A stretch of 64,000 nucleotides of DNA from Pirellulaceae bacterium (lineage in GTDB: Bacteria; Planctomycetota; Planctomycetia; Pirellulales; Pirellulaceae), in contig JAHBXS010000002.1 of NCBI GenBank assembly GCA_019636375.1, positions 149,621-213,620 of the forward strand, written 5' to 3'. The position numbers were made by a program, and so were the translations under genes. This document shows, in pieces, positions 56,078 through 64,000 of the stretch (positions within the stretch are counted from its first letter, which is position 1; each line of letters starts with the position of its first letter). The notes beneath the pieces were generated by a model. The model saw only the letters and a list, made by a program, of their open reading frames with translations. It was not told where the DNA came from and made no database searches.

Positions 56078-59000
56078 TTGATGTCGACCCAAGCCCCAAC
56101 ACTTCCGACCTCCTCAACCGGCCAAACCAAGACCAAAAGCCAGGCGCAGCAATACGTCGAAGGACAATTGGCCCAAACAGGACGACAGGTCGTCACCAAC
56201 GATCTGGTGACGGCTCTGGTCGGGGCCTTGAGTTGGGTCATGGGCTGCCTAGTATCCGCGATCATCGTTGACGCTTGGATACTTCCTCTCACCGTTGCAT
56301 TGCGATGGACCGTGTTGATTGTTTTGGTTGGTGGGCTCGTTTTTTGGCTCGTGTGGCGCTTGTATCCAATCTTCTTTCGCCGAGTGAATCCAACTTACTC
56401 GGCACAGATGATCGAACGTTCTAAGGAACAGTTCCACAATAGCCTTTTGAACTACACTCTGCTCAACGACGAAGAGGCAGTCGTCAATCAACACGTACTG
56501 CAAGTCGTGACTCACAAGGCGGCGCAAGACCTCTCGCAAGTTGCCGGAATCGAACGAATCGACCGTTCAGGATTGATTCGGCTGGGAATTGCGTTCGTTT
56601 GTTTGGTGGCATTATTCGTCGCCTACACGATTCTATCGCCGAAAAGTCCCTGGCCTTCGATCATGCGGGTCTTGGCTCCCAACGCCGATGTCAATCGCCC
56701 CTCGGCAGTGGCCATCACAAATGTGCTGCCAGGAGACACCGATGTGTTTTTTGGGAGGCGTTTGTTGGTGTCATGCCAAGTCAAGGGCAAACATGACCCA
56801 GATTCTGTTCTGGTAATTCTTTCGACAGATGATGGGCGGATGTCTCAAGTGCGTCAGTTCATGCGACTTGCAGACGATGAGACGTCGACCTACCAAATTG
56901 AACTTACGACGTCCCCAAAAGGAATAGACTCCTCGTTCGTCTATCGAATCGAAGCGGGGGACGGTCAGACGCGAGACTATCGCGTCAAGGTCAACATGAA
57001 TCCTACCATCACTGTCGATTCGGTGACAATCAAATTTCCCGCCTACACCAAAATTCCAGAGCGAACATTTTCATCTACCGCCAATTTGTCCGGCGTTGAA
57101 GGCGCACGGGTCAAGGTTTCCGCGATTGCCAACCTACCGATCGGGTCCGCGAATATCGAACTCCTCAACATTCCTGCTGATGCCCCTGCTCAATCGGGAA
57201 CAATCGTCTCAACGATCAAAATGGTGGCTCTCGAAAATCAGGCGGAGGGAGAGTTTTCATTGACTTTTAACCGACGGGCAAACGTACCAGACTTCACTCA
57301 TTTTCAACTTCGGTTCACTTCCACTTCTGGTGATCGCAACGAGAACACAAACGTATATTCCATTCGGATCATTCCTGACTTGGGACCCGAGATCCGCTTC
57401 GTTAAGCCAGTGGAAAAAGAGATCCGCGTACCTGTCAATCAACTGGCAAACTTGGAGATCGCAGCAAATGACTTGGATTACGAGTTGGAATCGGTGCGGT
57501 TGTTTGTCGAACATCGAGGGACAACGTTGCTCAACGAGTCGCTTCCATTCCCGAGTGCCGAAAACCGCCGCATCTTTGAAGGCCGTTATCCGCTCAGTCC
57601 CGATCGCTTGCAACTAAAGCCCGGCGATGAGGTTTTGATTTACGCCAAGGCTGCCGACAATCGTCATGCCCCAATCAACGACATTCCGGAGCCAAACGAA
57701 GCCCGCACGGAAAATTATCGTTTGATCGTCGAACCACCTGCGGAGCAACCCCAGGAGTCACAAGATAAAAAATCAGACGAAAACGACAGTGCTGGGGGGG
57801 AGAATTCTCCTCCCGACAACCAACAATCAGAAGACCAGCAGGACAGTGCTCAAGGAGACAAAGAATCGAATTCAGAAGAAGAAAAATCCGAAGGTGATTC
57901 TGAATCCAAAGGCGAAAAAGAATCGGCTGGGGATGGGTCTGAAATAGACCAAGAAATGAACGAGGGAAACGACGATAGTAAGGGAGAAAAAGGAGACCAA
58001 GGAGAGGCAAAAGAAGGGGACTCTAGTGATGGGGAAAACGAAAGTTCCGACGGCACTGGCGGCGGTACAGATTCTAAGCCGAAGGGTGACTCCAGCGAGG
58101 GAACTGCTGACCAAAACGACACCAACGATTCTAGCGATCCCTCACAGTCTCAATCCTCAAACGATGCCAATTCTGGAAATGGCAATCAGCCTGATTCTGA
58201 TTCCGATACCGGCCAACGCGACCGAAATTTGCAAGACGGAGAGCAAAGCCCGCTCGACGAAGACGCCACCGATTCGGAACGGTTTGAAAGGATTCGACAA
58301 ATGATGGAGAGGGAGCAACAGAACAAACAAAATTCTGGTTCCGACTCTGACGACCCCAATCCTCAACAACAAGATCAACAAGATCAACAAGATCGCCAAC
58401 CACCGAATTCCGACGATGCAAAGTCTGGGAATCAAAACAAACCTCCTCAAGACAAACAGGACGAGGGAAACCCACCTAAAAATGACGGAAATTCGGGGAC
58501 CGAAAATCGTCCGCCCGAAGGGAAAGAGCCTCCTCAACAGCAGCCTCCCGATAATGGCAGGGGCGATTCCGGTGACAAACCACCTTCCGATCAAGAACAA
58601 ACCAAGGATGAGGAAGGGGCGGGCAAAGGGGACTCTGAAACAACGGAAAAACCTAAACAGGACTCTGAAGGAGACTCTAAAGGCGAACAATCGGACCCTC
58701 AATCCACTGACCCAAATCAATCGAAGGATCAGACCCAAGAAGGGGACTCTTCGCAACAAACCGGCGATAATTCGACCGGACAAGATGGTCCTGAAAAACA
58801 GGGGGACGCAAGCCAAGGTACCGAGAAGTCCAGTCAACCATCCCAAGGCGACCCGTCCGACTCAAAAACGTCAGAGCCTGGCAACGAGCAGTCACCCGCC
58901 GATCAATCCGGTAATCCAAGTGCGAACAACCAAACTGGTGGTGGCTCCGGCGGAGGCAATTCGCCAGGAGGGGGTAGCGAAAACGTGGACTCAAAACCAA

Positions 59001-59431
59001 AGGCCAGCGATTCGCCTCCGCCCAAGCTCGGCGAAAACCTTCCTATCGAGGAAAGAGAAGAACTAAAATTCAAAAAAGATGCAACTGACTTAGCACTCAA
59101 ATACCTCAAAGATCAACCAGAAGGTCCGGAGCGTGATGAACTATTGCGGCAACTAAATATGACCGAGGATCAATTGGCCGACTTTATGAAACGTTGGCAA
59201 GAGATGGCTGACAAAGCCAAAGCCGGCGATGCCAAAGCTCAACAATTTTACGAACGGGCATTGCGATCTCTTGGGCTCAAAACTCCACAGTCACAAATCA
59301 AAGGGCAGACGCAACGCATGGAAAACTTGAGCGAAGGAGGAGCGGTAAGTCGCCCACCTGCAGAAGTCCAAGATAGCTTTCAAGACTTTTTGCGAAACCT
59401 AAACCGACAAAGCCCTCGCCGAGACGATTAA
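56078..59431 (+). CDS. Large membrane protein (1117 aa): N-terminal TM helices, a beta-rich extracytoplasmic region, then a roughly 480-aa acidic low-complexity disordered segment and an alpha-helical C-terminus.
   Basis: TM helices at about residues 45-110 and 165-185. Region 560-1030 is dominated by D/E/S/G/Q/K/P/N. Overlapping alternative-frame ORFs there are low-complexity artefacts. Confidence 0.7.
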   Translation: MMSTQAPTLPTSSTGQTKTKSQAQQYVEGQLAQTGRQVVTNDLVTALVGALSWVMGCLVSAIIVDAWILPLTVALRWTVLIVLVGGLVFWLVWRLYPIFFRRVNPTYSAQMIERSKEQFHNSLLNYTLLNDEEAVVNQHVLQVVTHKAAQDLSQVAGIERIDRSGLIRLGIAFVCLVALFVAYTILSPKSPWPSIMRVLAPNADVNRPSAVAITNVLPGDTDVFFGRRLLVSCQVKGKHDPDSVLVILSTDDGRMSQVRQFMRLADDETSTYQIELTTSPKGIDSSFVYRIEAGDGQTRDYRVKVNMNPTITVDSVTIKFPAYTKIPERTFSSTANLSGVEGARVKVSAIANLPIGSANIELLNIPADAPAQSGTIVSTIKMVALENQAEGEFSLTFNRRANVPDFTHFQLRFTSTSGDRNENTNVYSIRIIPDLGPEIRFVKPVEKEIRVPVNQLANLEIAANDLDYELESVRLFVEHRGTTLLNESLPFPSAENRRIFEGRYPLSPDRLQLKPGDEVLIYAKAADNRHAPINDIPEPNEARTENYRLIVEPPAEQPQESQDKKSDENDSAGGENSPPDNQQSEDQQDSAQGDKESNSEEEKSEGDSESKGEKESAGDGSEIDQEMNEGNDDSKGEKGDQGEAKEGDSSDGENESSDGTGGGTDSKPKGDSSEGTADQNDTNDSSDPSQSQSSNDANSGNGNQPDSDSDTGQRDRNLQDGEQSPLDEDATDSERFERIRQMMEREQQNKQNSGSDSDDPNPQQQDQQDQQDRQPPNSDDAKSGNQNKPPQDKQDEGNPPKNDGNSGTENRPPEGKEPPQQQPPDNGRGDSGDKPPSDQEQTKDEEGAGKGDSETTEKPKQDSEGDSKGEQSDPQSTDPNQSKDQTQEGDSSQQTGDNSTGQDGPEKQGDASQGTEKSSQPSQGDPSDSKTSEPGNEQSPADQSGNPSANNQTGGGSGGGNSPGGGSENVDSKPKASDSPPPKLGENLPIEEREELKFKKDATDLALKYLKDQPEGPERDELLRQLNMTEDQLADFMKRWQEMADKAKAGDAKAQQFYERALRSLGLKTPQSQIKGQTQRMENLSEGGAVSRPPAEVQDSFQDFLRNLNRQSPRRDD

Positions 59432-59517
59432 GTGCTTGTAAACATCCGTTCGGCAATTTCGCGTTAGGGCTTTCGATCCGCCCGCCGCTACATTATTGAT
59501 CAAACAGGAGTTTTCTA

Positions 59518-61164
59518 TTGGACTTGATTCCGCGATATCTAGTGTCGTTTCGAGGAAGGCGCGTGTTGCATCGGTTCACCGATGTTTTGGTGCTGGGTGG
59601 AGGGTTGGCTGGCCTGCGCGCTGCCCTCGAATGTGACCCAAGTTTGGAGGTCACCGTCGCCACCAAGGCCCTGCTGCGTCAATCGAACAGCAATGCGGCT
59701 CAAGGCGGAATTGCCAGCGTGATTGACCCGTTAGATCGCTTGGAATGGCACATCCAAGACACACTGACTGCCGGAGCGGAATTGTGCGATCAAGCAATCG
59801 TACGTATGGTCGTCGAACAAGGACCTGCCTGTATCCACGAACTGATTCAAATTGGCGCGAATTTCGATCAAGCCGAAGGGGACCTCGTGCTGGGGCGTGA
59901 GGGAGGACATTCGCACAACCGTATCATCCATGCATTGGGAGACGCCACTGGCCAAGAAATCATGCGAGCTGTCATCACCCGCGCCAGACAAGCTTCAAAT
60001 ATTTCTATCTTTGAAAACATGTTCACAATCGACTTGCTCACGCATGAAGGTCGCTGTTGCGGCGCGATTGTGTTTTATCAAGATCGAATCGAATTGATTT
60101 GGGCTCAACAAACGATATTGGCCACGGGAGGAGCGGGACAAATCTTTCGCGAAACCACCAACCCTTTGGTTGCGACTGCCGACGGTCACGCCTTGGCGAT
60201 TCGTGCGGGAGTGGTGATGCGCGACATGGAGTTCATGCAGTTCCATCCGACGGTGCTGTACATCGCCGGCAGTTCGCGCAGTTTGATTACTGAAGCGGTC
60301 CGCGGCGAGGGTGCCTATCTCGTTGATCGCGACGGGCATCGCTTTATGTTGGACTACGATTCAAGAGCCGAACTAGCCCCTCGGGATGTCGTATCGCAGG
60401 CAATCGTTGCCCAAATGGAAAAAACCCAACACCCCAACGTTTACCTCGACTTGAGTCATCTCGATAGTCGTCATGTTCGGCAACGGTTTCCCGGAATCAT
60501 GCAGGCCTGTGCTGGGTTTGGTTTGGATATCACACAAGACCGCATTCCCGTTCGCCCGGGAGCTCACTATATGATTGGCGGTGTTGCAATTGATCCTCAA
60601 GGCCGGACTTCCTTGCCAGGCTTGTGGGCCGCCGGCGAAGTAACCAGTAGTGGATTGCATGGCGCCAATCGATTGGCATCGAACAGCTTGCTCGAAGGGC
60701 TCGTTTTTGGCACGTTCGTTGGTCGAGGTGCCAGTGAAGAAATTTTGGGGCGATCTTTTTCTGATTTCGAAACCAAACTTGAGCATCAAATCAACGCTCC
60801 CTATGTCGCCGAGTTGGATCTTGCCGATATCCGCAATTCGCTCAAGAGCCTAATGTGGCGGGTGGCGGGGGTTCGCCGCGAGGCCGAAGAGCTTCGCGAA
60901 GCTGCCGAGACGATTCACAGCTGGCGTCAGTTGTTCGCCATTCAGCCGCAAACGACTCCTCAGGGCTGGGAACTACAAAACATGTTGCTTGTGAGTCAAA
61001 TGTTGATCCACGCGGCGCAGATTCGCGAAGAATCCCGAGGAGTACATTTCCGGACAGACTTTCCGGAACCGCGACCAGAATGGCGTCGCTCGATCTGTTT
61101 TCGCGGTTTGGAGTACGAATTGTCGCCAAAACTGGACGAACAAACTTCGTTGTCCGCAACGTAG
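59518..61164 (+). CDS. nadB: L-aspartate oxidase
   Basis: FAD-binding DVLVLGGGLAGLRAAL, GGHSHNRIIHALGDATG, and the C-terminal RGVHFRTDFPE motif. Confidence 0.9.
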   Translation: MDLIPRYLVSFRGRRVLHRFTDVLVLGGGLAGLRAALECDPSLEVTVATKALLRQSNSNAAQGGIASVIDPLDRLEWHIQDTLTAGAELCDQAIVRMVVEQGPACIHELIQIGANFDQAEGDLVLGREGGHSHNRIIHALGDATGQEIMRAVITRARQASNISIFENMFTIDLLTHEGRCCGAIVFYQDRIELIWAQQTILATGGAGQIFRETTNPLVATADGHALAIRAGVVMRDMEFMQFHPTVLYIAGSSRSLITEAVRGEGAYLVDRDGHRFMLDYDSRAELAPRDVVSQAIVAQMEKTQHPNVYLDLSHLDSRHVRQRFPGIMQACAGFGLDITQDRIPVRPGAHYMIGGVAIDPQGRTSLPGLWAAGEVTSSGLHGANRLASNSLLEGLVFGTFVGRGASEEILGRSFSDFETKLEHQINAPYVAELDLADIRNSLKSLMWRVAGVRREAEELREAAETIHSWRQLFAIQPQTTPQGWELQNMLLVSQMLIHAAQIREESRGVHFRTDFPEPRPEWRRSICFRGLEYELSPKLDEQTSLSAT

Positions 61165-61451
61165 AAAGTCTGGGTACCCTGCGGCAACAAATCGTTTTCG
61201 GACTTCTACTAATGAAGTCGAAAACACTACTCTGACGGCTCGACAAAACCGGTTTTTCCAAGGAAAATCGATGTTTGTCGATTTGCGTTTATTTTTCTAA
61301 CGAGACTGCAAGGGTTGTTGATTCGCAGCCTCCCCTATCTGGTTGCCAACATGGCCTTTTCATCGGCCAACTTGAAACCATGCGTCGTTTTGAAAACAAT
61401 CTTTTGCAAACGCCGACAATTTTCCCGAATATTTTCCAATCTAAATTTCAC

Positions 61452-62264
61452 ATGAGCAATTCTGCAACTCAGGCCGCCACGGAAACCATCGATCCCCGCG
61501 CTAATGAAACGCCAATGATCGAAGCCGAGCACCTTTCAAAGTTCTACGGCATTTTCGCTGCGACTCGCGATGTGTCTTTCAAAGTCTACAAGGGCGAAAT
61601 CGTGGCCTTCCTGGGACCTAACGGTGCCGGCAAGAGCACGACGATGAAAATCCTCACCGGTTATTTATCGGCCAGCGAGGGACGCGCCCGAATCGCGGGG
61701 TTTGATATGGCAACCGAGCGACTAGCCGGTTCACAGCGATTGGGTTATCTTCCGGAAACAGGGCCGCTATACCCCGACATGACTCCCTTCAGCCTACTCG
61801 ATTTTTTTGCTGAAGCTCGCGGGCTTAATAAGAAAACCAAGTTGGACCGGATCGAAAAAGTCATCGATCTATGCAGCTTGAGCAGCGTGATTTACAAACC
61901 AATTAGCAAGCTGTCGAAGGGTTTTCGACAACGGGTCGGAATGGCTCAAGCTCTCTTACATGAACCCGAAGTTTTGATTTTGGACGAACCTACTTCGGGC
62001 CTTGACCCCAACCAAATCCGAGGTGTTCGCCAAGCGATTCGCCGACTTGGCGAAGAAAAAACGATCTTGTTGTCTACCCATATCTTGCAAGAGGTACAGG
62101 CGATGGCCAGTCGAGTAATTATGATCAACGAAGGTCGCAAGGTCTACGACGGCTTGCTAGGTGATATCGATCCCGCGCAAAAAGGCTTGGACCATGTATT
62201 CGCTGATTTGACCGGCCACGATCCAGAAACTGGAACTCGCCTCAAAGAAGAATATGACGATTAA
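61452..62264 (+). CDS. ABC transporter ATP-binding protein (ABC-2 or gliding-motility GldA-like type). The ORF track starts at 61275; the ATG at 61452 is more plausible.
   Basis: Walker A GPNGAGKST, signature LSKGFRQRVGMAQAL, Walker B ILDEPTSGLD. Confidence 0.85.
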   Translation: MSNSATQAATETIDPRANETPMIEAEHLSKFYGIFAATRDVSFKVYKGEIVAFLGPNGAGKSTTMKILTGYLSASEGRARIAGFDMATERLAGSQRLGYLPETGPLYPDMTPFSLLDFFAEARGLNKKTKLDRIEKVIDLCSLSSVIYKPISKLSKGFRQRVGMAQALLHEPEVLILDEPTSGLDPNQIRGVRQAIRRLGEEKTILLSTHILQEVQAMASRVIMINEGRKVYDGLLGDIDPAQKGLDHVFADLTGHDPETGTRLKEEYDD

Positions 62265-62355
62265 CTCCCTGAAGATTGGCCCGTTTTAGGCCAATGGCTG
62301 CACCCCAGACTTCATTCGAATTATTTAGCATTAACAAAAATATACTTAAAGCGTT

Positions 62356-64000
62356 ATGGACCTAAACATCATCGTCGAATTTGTGTACATGTTGGTCATT
62401 GACTTGGCCTTCATTGCCTGCCTTCTTTTAATCATGTTGCCGATGGGTCTTTACCGGCAAGCGGCATTTGCCGTGATGAAACGAAATTTCTCGGGATATT
62501 TCAGCAATCCTACCGGCTATGTCTTTTTATGTTTGTTTGTGCTGCTCACCAGTTTCGCGGCATTTTGGCCTCACGAATTTTTCACAACGAATCTGGCCAA
62601 TTTCGATCAACTCAACAAATTTTTGCCTTACATCATGCTCGTGTTTATCCCCGCCATCACGATGAGCATTTGGGCCGAAGAGCGGCGTCAGGGAACCGAT
62701 GAACTTTTGCTGACCTTGCCGGCCCGAGACTTTGACATCGTCATCGGCAAGTATTTTGCAGCGGTATTGGTGTTTACGGTGTCTCTGCTGTTTTCACAAT
62801 TGTCAAATTATGGCGTTTTGTTAGCACTCACGGGAGGAGAATTGGATACGCCGCTTTTGTTCTCAACTTATGTTGGGTATTGGTTCATGGGTGTCGCGAT
62901 GCTGGCCGTTGGGATGGTGGCATCGTTTCTCACGAACAATTTAACGGTCGGTTTTATTTTTGGTGCTGCGTTCAATGCGCCACTGGCCTTCTTCTCGAAC
63001 AGCGACGTAATTTTGTCGAATTCGGTATGGATCGAGCGGCTTTTCAATTGGTCGTTGTTGCAACGGTTTGAGCCGTTTGGACGGGGGCTGATAAGTCCTT
63101 CGTCGATCTTTTACTTCTTTGGCCTGATTGTTTTGGGACTTTACCTTTGTTTGATTCTGATTGGGCGGCGGCATTGGCTGGGAGGGCGTGACGGCACATC
63201 GATGCTTTGGCACTATCTAGCCCGCGCAATGTTTTTGGCAGTCGCCATGATTGCGTTGGTCTTGGTCGTTCAACACAGCCCTATCAATCGCGCTCGATTC
63301 GATGTCTCACAGTCAAAGATCAGCACCCTTTCGCAAACCACAAACCAAATCCTGCGAGATTTGCAGACTCAAGAAGTCGATACGGATGGTCGGGCCGTTG
63401 ACCCGATCAAAATCGACGCCTATGTCAGTGCTACCGTTCCAACAGAATACGTGCAAACTAAATACGACCTCGTCAATTTACTCCGCGAGTATGATGTTCT
63501 GGGAGGAAACCGAATTCAGGTCAGTTTGAATCAAGGAATGCAACCGTTCAGTGCAGAAGCAATTTTGGCGGAAAAGCGTTACGGGATTCGACCAATCAAA
63601 GTTCAAAGCCAGTCGCGAGGCGCATTAAGGCAAGAAGAACTCATTTTAGGCGTCGCGATTTCAAGTGGCCGAAGTCGCGTTGTGATTCCGTTTTTCCCGT
63701 ACGGTTCGGCTGTTGAATACGAACTGACGCGCGCGATCGCTGCAGTGGCCAATCCGATCAAAAAGACCATTGGCGTTGTGGAAACCGACGCGATGGCTTT
63801 GGGTGGGGTCGTCTATCGTCGGACTCCAGAAGGACAAATGCAACCGATGCCCCAACCGATGCTGCGGGTGCTTGGGGAAATGCAACGTCAATACAATATC
63901 GAACGAGTCAATGCGGCCACGCCGATACCACTTTTTGTGGAAGATGAAGCGGGCGTTGAACCGCGACGACGCTACGATGTTCTGGTTGTGGTTCAGCCTT
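62356..64000 (+). CDS. ABC-2 family permease fused or co-linear with a GldG-like periplasmic domain. 3'-partial, runs off the window.
   Basis: Open frame from the ATG at 62356 to the window end. Six TM helices then a soluble domain. Lies downstream of the ABC ATPase. Confidence 0.7.
   Translation, partial: MDLNIIVEFVYMLVIDLAFIACLLLIMLPMGLYRQAAFAVMKRNFSGYFSNPTGYVFLCLFVLLTSFAAFWPHEFFTTNLANFDQLNKFLPYIMLVFIPAITMSIWAEERRQGTDELLLTLPARDFDIVIGKYFAAVLVFTVSLLFSQLSNYGVLLALTGGELDTPLLFSTYVGYWFMGVAMLAVGMVASFLTNNLTVGFIFGAAFNAPLAFFSNSDVILSNSVWIERLFNWSLLQRFEPFGRGLISPSSIFYFFGLIVLGLYLCLILIGRRHWLGGRDGTSMLWHYLARAMFLAVAMIALVLVVQHSPINRARFDVSQSKISTLSQTTNQILRDLQTQEVDTDGRAVDPIKIDAYVSATVPTEYVQTKYDLVNLLREYDVLGGNRIQVSLNQGMQPFSAEAILAEKRYGIRPIKVQSQSRGALRQEELILGVAISSGRSRVVIPFFPYGSAVEYELTRAIAAVANPIKKTIGVVETDAMALGGVVYRRTPEGQMQPMPQPMLRVLGEMQRQYNIERVNAATPIPLFVEDEAGVEPRRRYDVLVVVQP

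Noticed and set aside
57675-58846. Minus-strand ORFs of 111-229 aa inside the acidic region of the 1117-aa gene.
   Set aside because: Reverse-frame readings of GA-rich low-complexity DNA. No start context. Overlap a well-supported long gene.
61275-61451. 59-aa N-terminal extension of the ABC ATPase.
   Set aside because: No conserved content. The ATG at 61452 places the Walker A at the usual distance from the N-terminus.

Overview
Gene content suggests a Planctomycete-type chromosome segment: ECF sigma/anti-sigma pair, giant multi-domain proteins, PQQ beta-propeller and TPR proteins, and Cys-rich secreted proteins. It is gene-dense on both strands, with about 50 protein genes and two tRNAs, tRNA-Asp(GTC) at 537-610 and tRNA-Leu(CAA) at 37415-37497, both on the minus strand. 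Recognisable housekeeping genes are glnB-glnD (P-II and uridylyltransferase), a PduO-type cobalamin adenosyltransferase, a NUDIX hydrolase, purD, thiD, a diheme cytochrome c with heme A synthase, rpsR, rlmN, nadB, a MacB/FtsX-type ABC exporter with an acyl-CoA thioesterase, and an ECF sigma/anti-sigma pair. The most interesting locus is a compact minus-strand operon at 7.0-11.5 kb. It encodes a ubiquitin-like beta-grasp protein, an E2 (UBC-fold, HPN motif), an E1 (ThiF/MoeB-like) and a JAB/MPN metalloprotease. The JAB protein carries an unusual C-terminal extension with two transmembrane segments and a coiled coil, and is followed by a membrane protein with a C-terminal Cys-rich zinc ribbon. 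This is a Bil/Bub-like (6E-type) bacterial ubiquitin-like conjugation system in an atypical membrane-associated form. A second notable operon at 25.5-33.7 kb couples an NfeD-like OB-fold membrane protein and a flotillin/SPFH protein to a 1792-aa protein with a C-terminal MoxR/AAA_5-type ATPase module. Non-coding highlights are a roughly 300-bp cluster of GC-rich hairpins directly 3' of tRNA-Leu, a family of long palindromic repeats (two copies after the anti-sigma gene, one degenerate copy near tRNA-Asp), inverted arrays of a GCAAA(A/G)T heptamer, and a thiD leader with mutually exclusive hairpins. Further oddities are a secreted Cys/Gly/Asn-rich repeat protein, a small lipoprotein with five HGTTLP repeats, a 1117-aa membrane protein with a roughly 480-aa acidic disordered segment, a truncated ECF sigma remnant, and an EF-hand plus deiodinase-like redox protein. 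No CRISPR array, integrase or transposase was seen.
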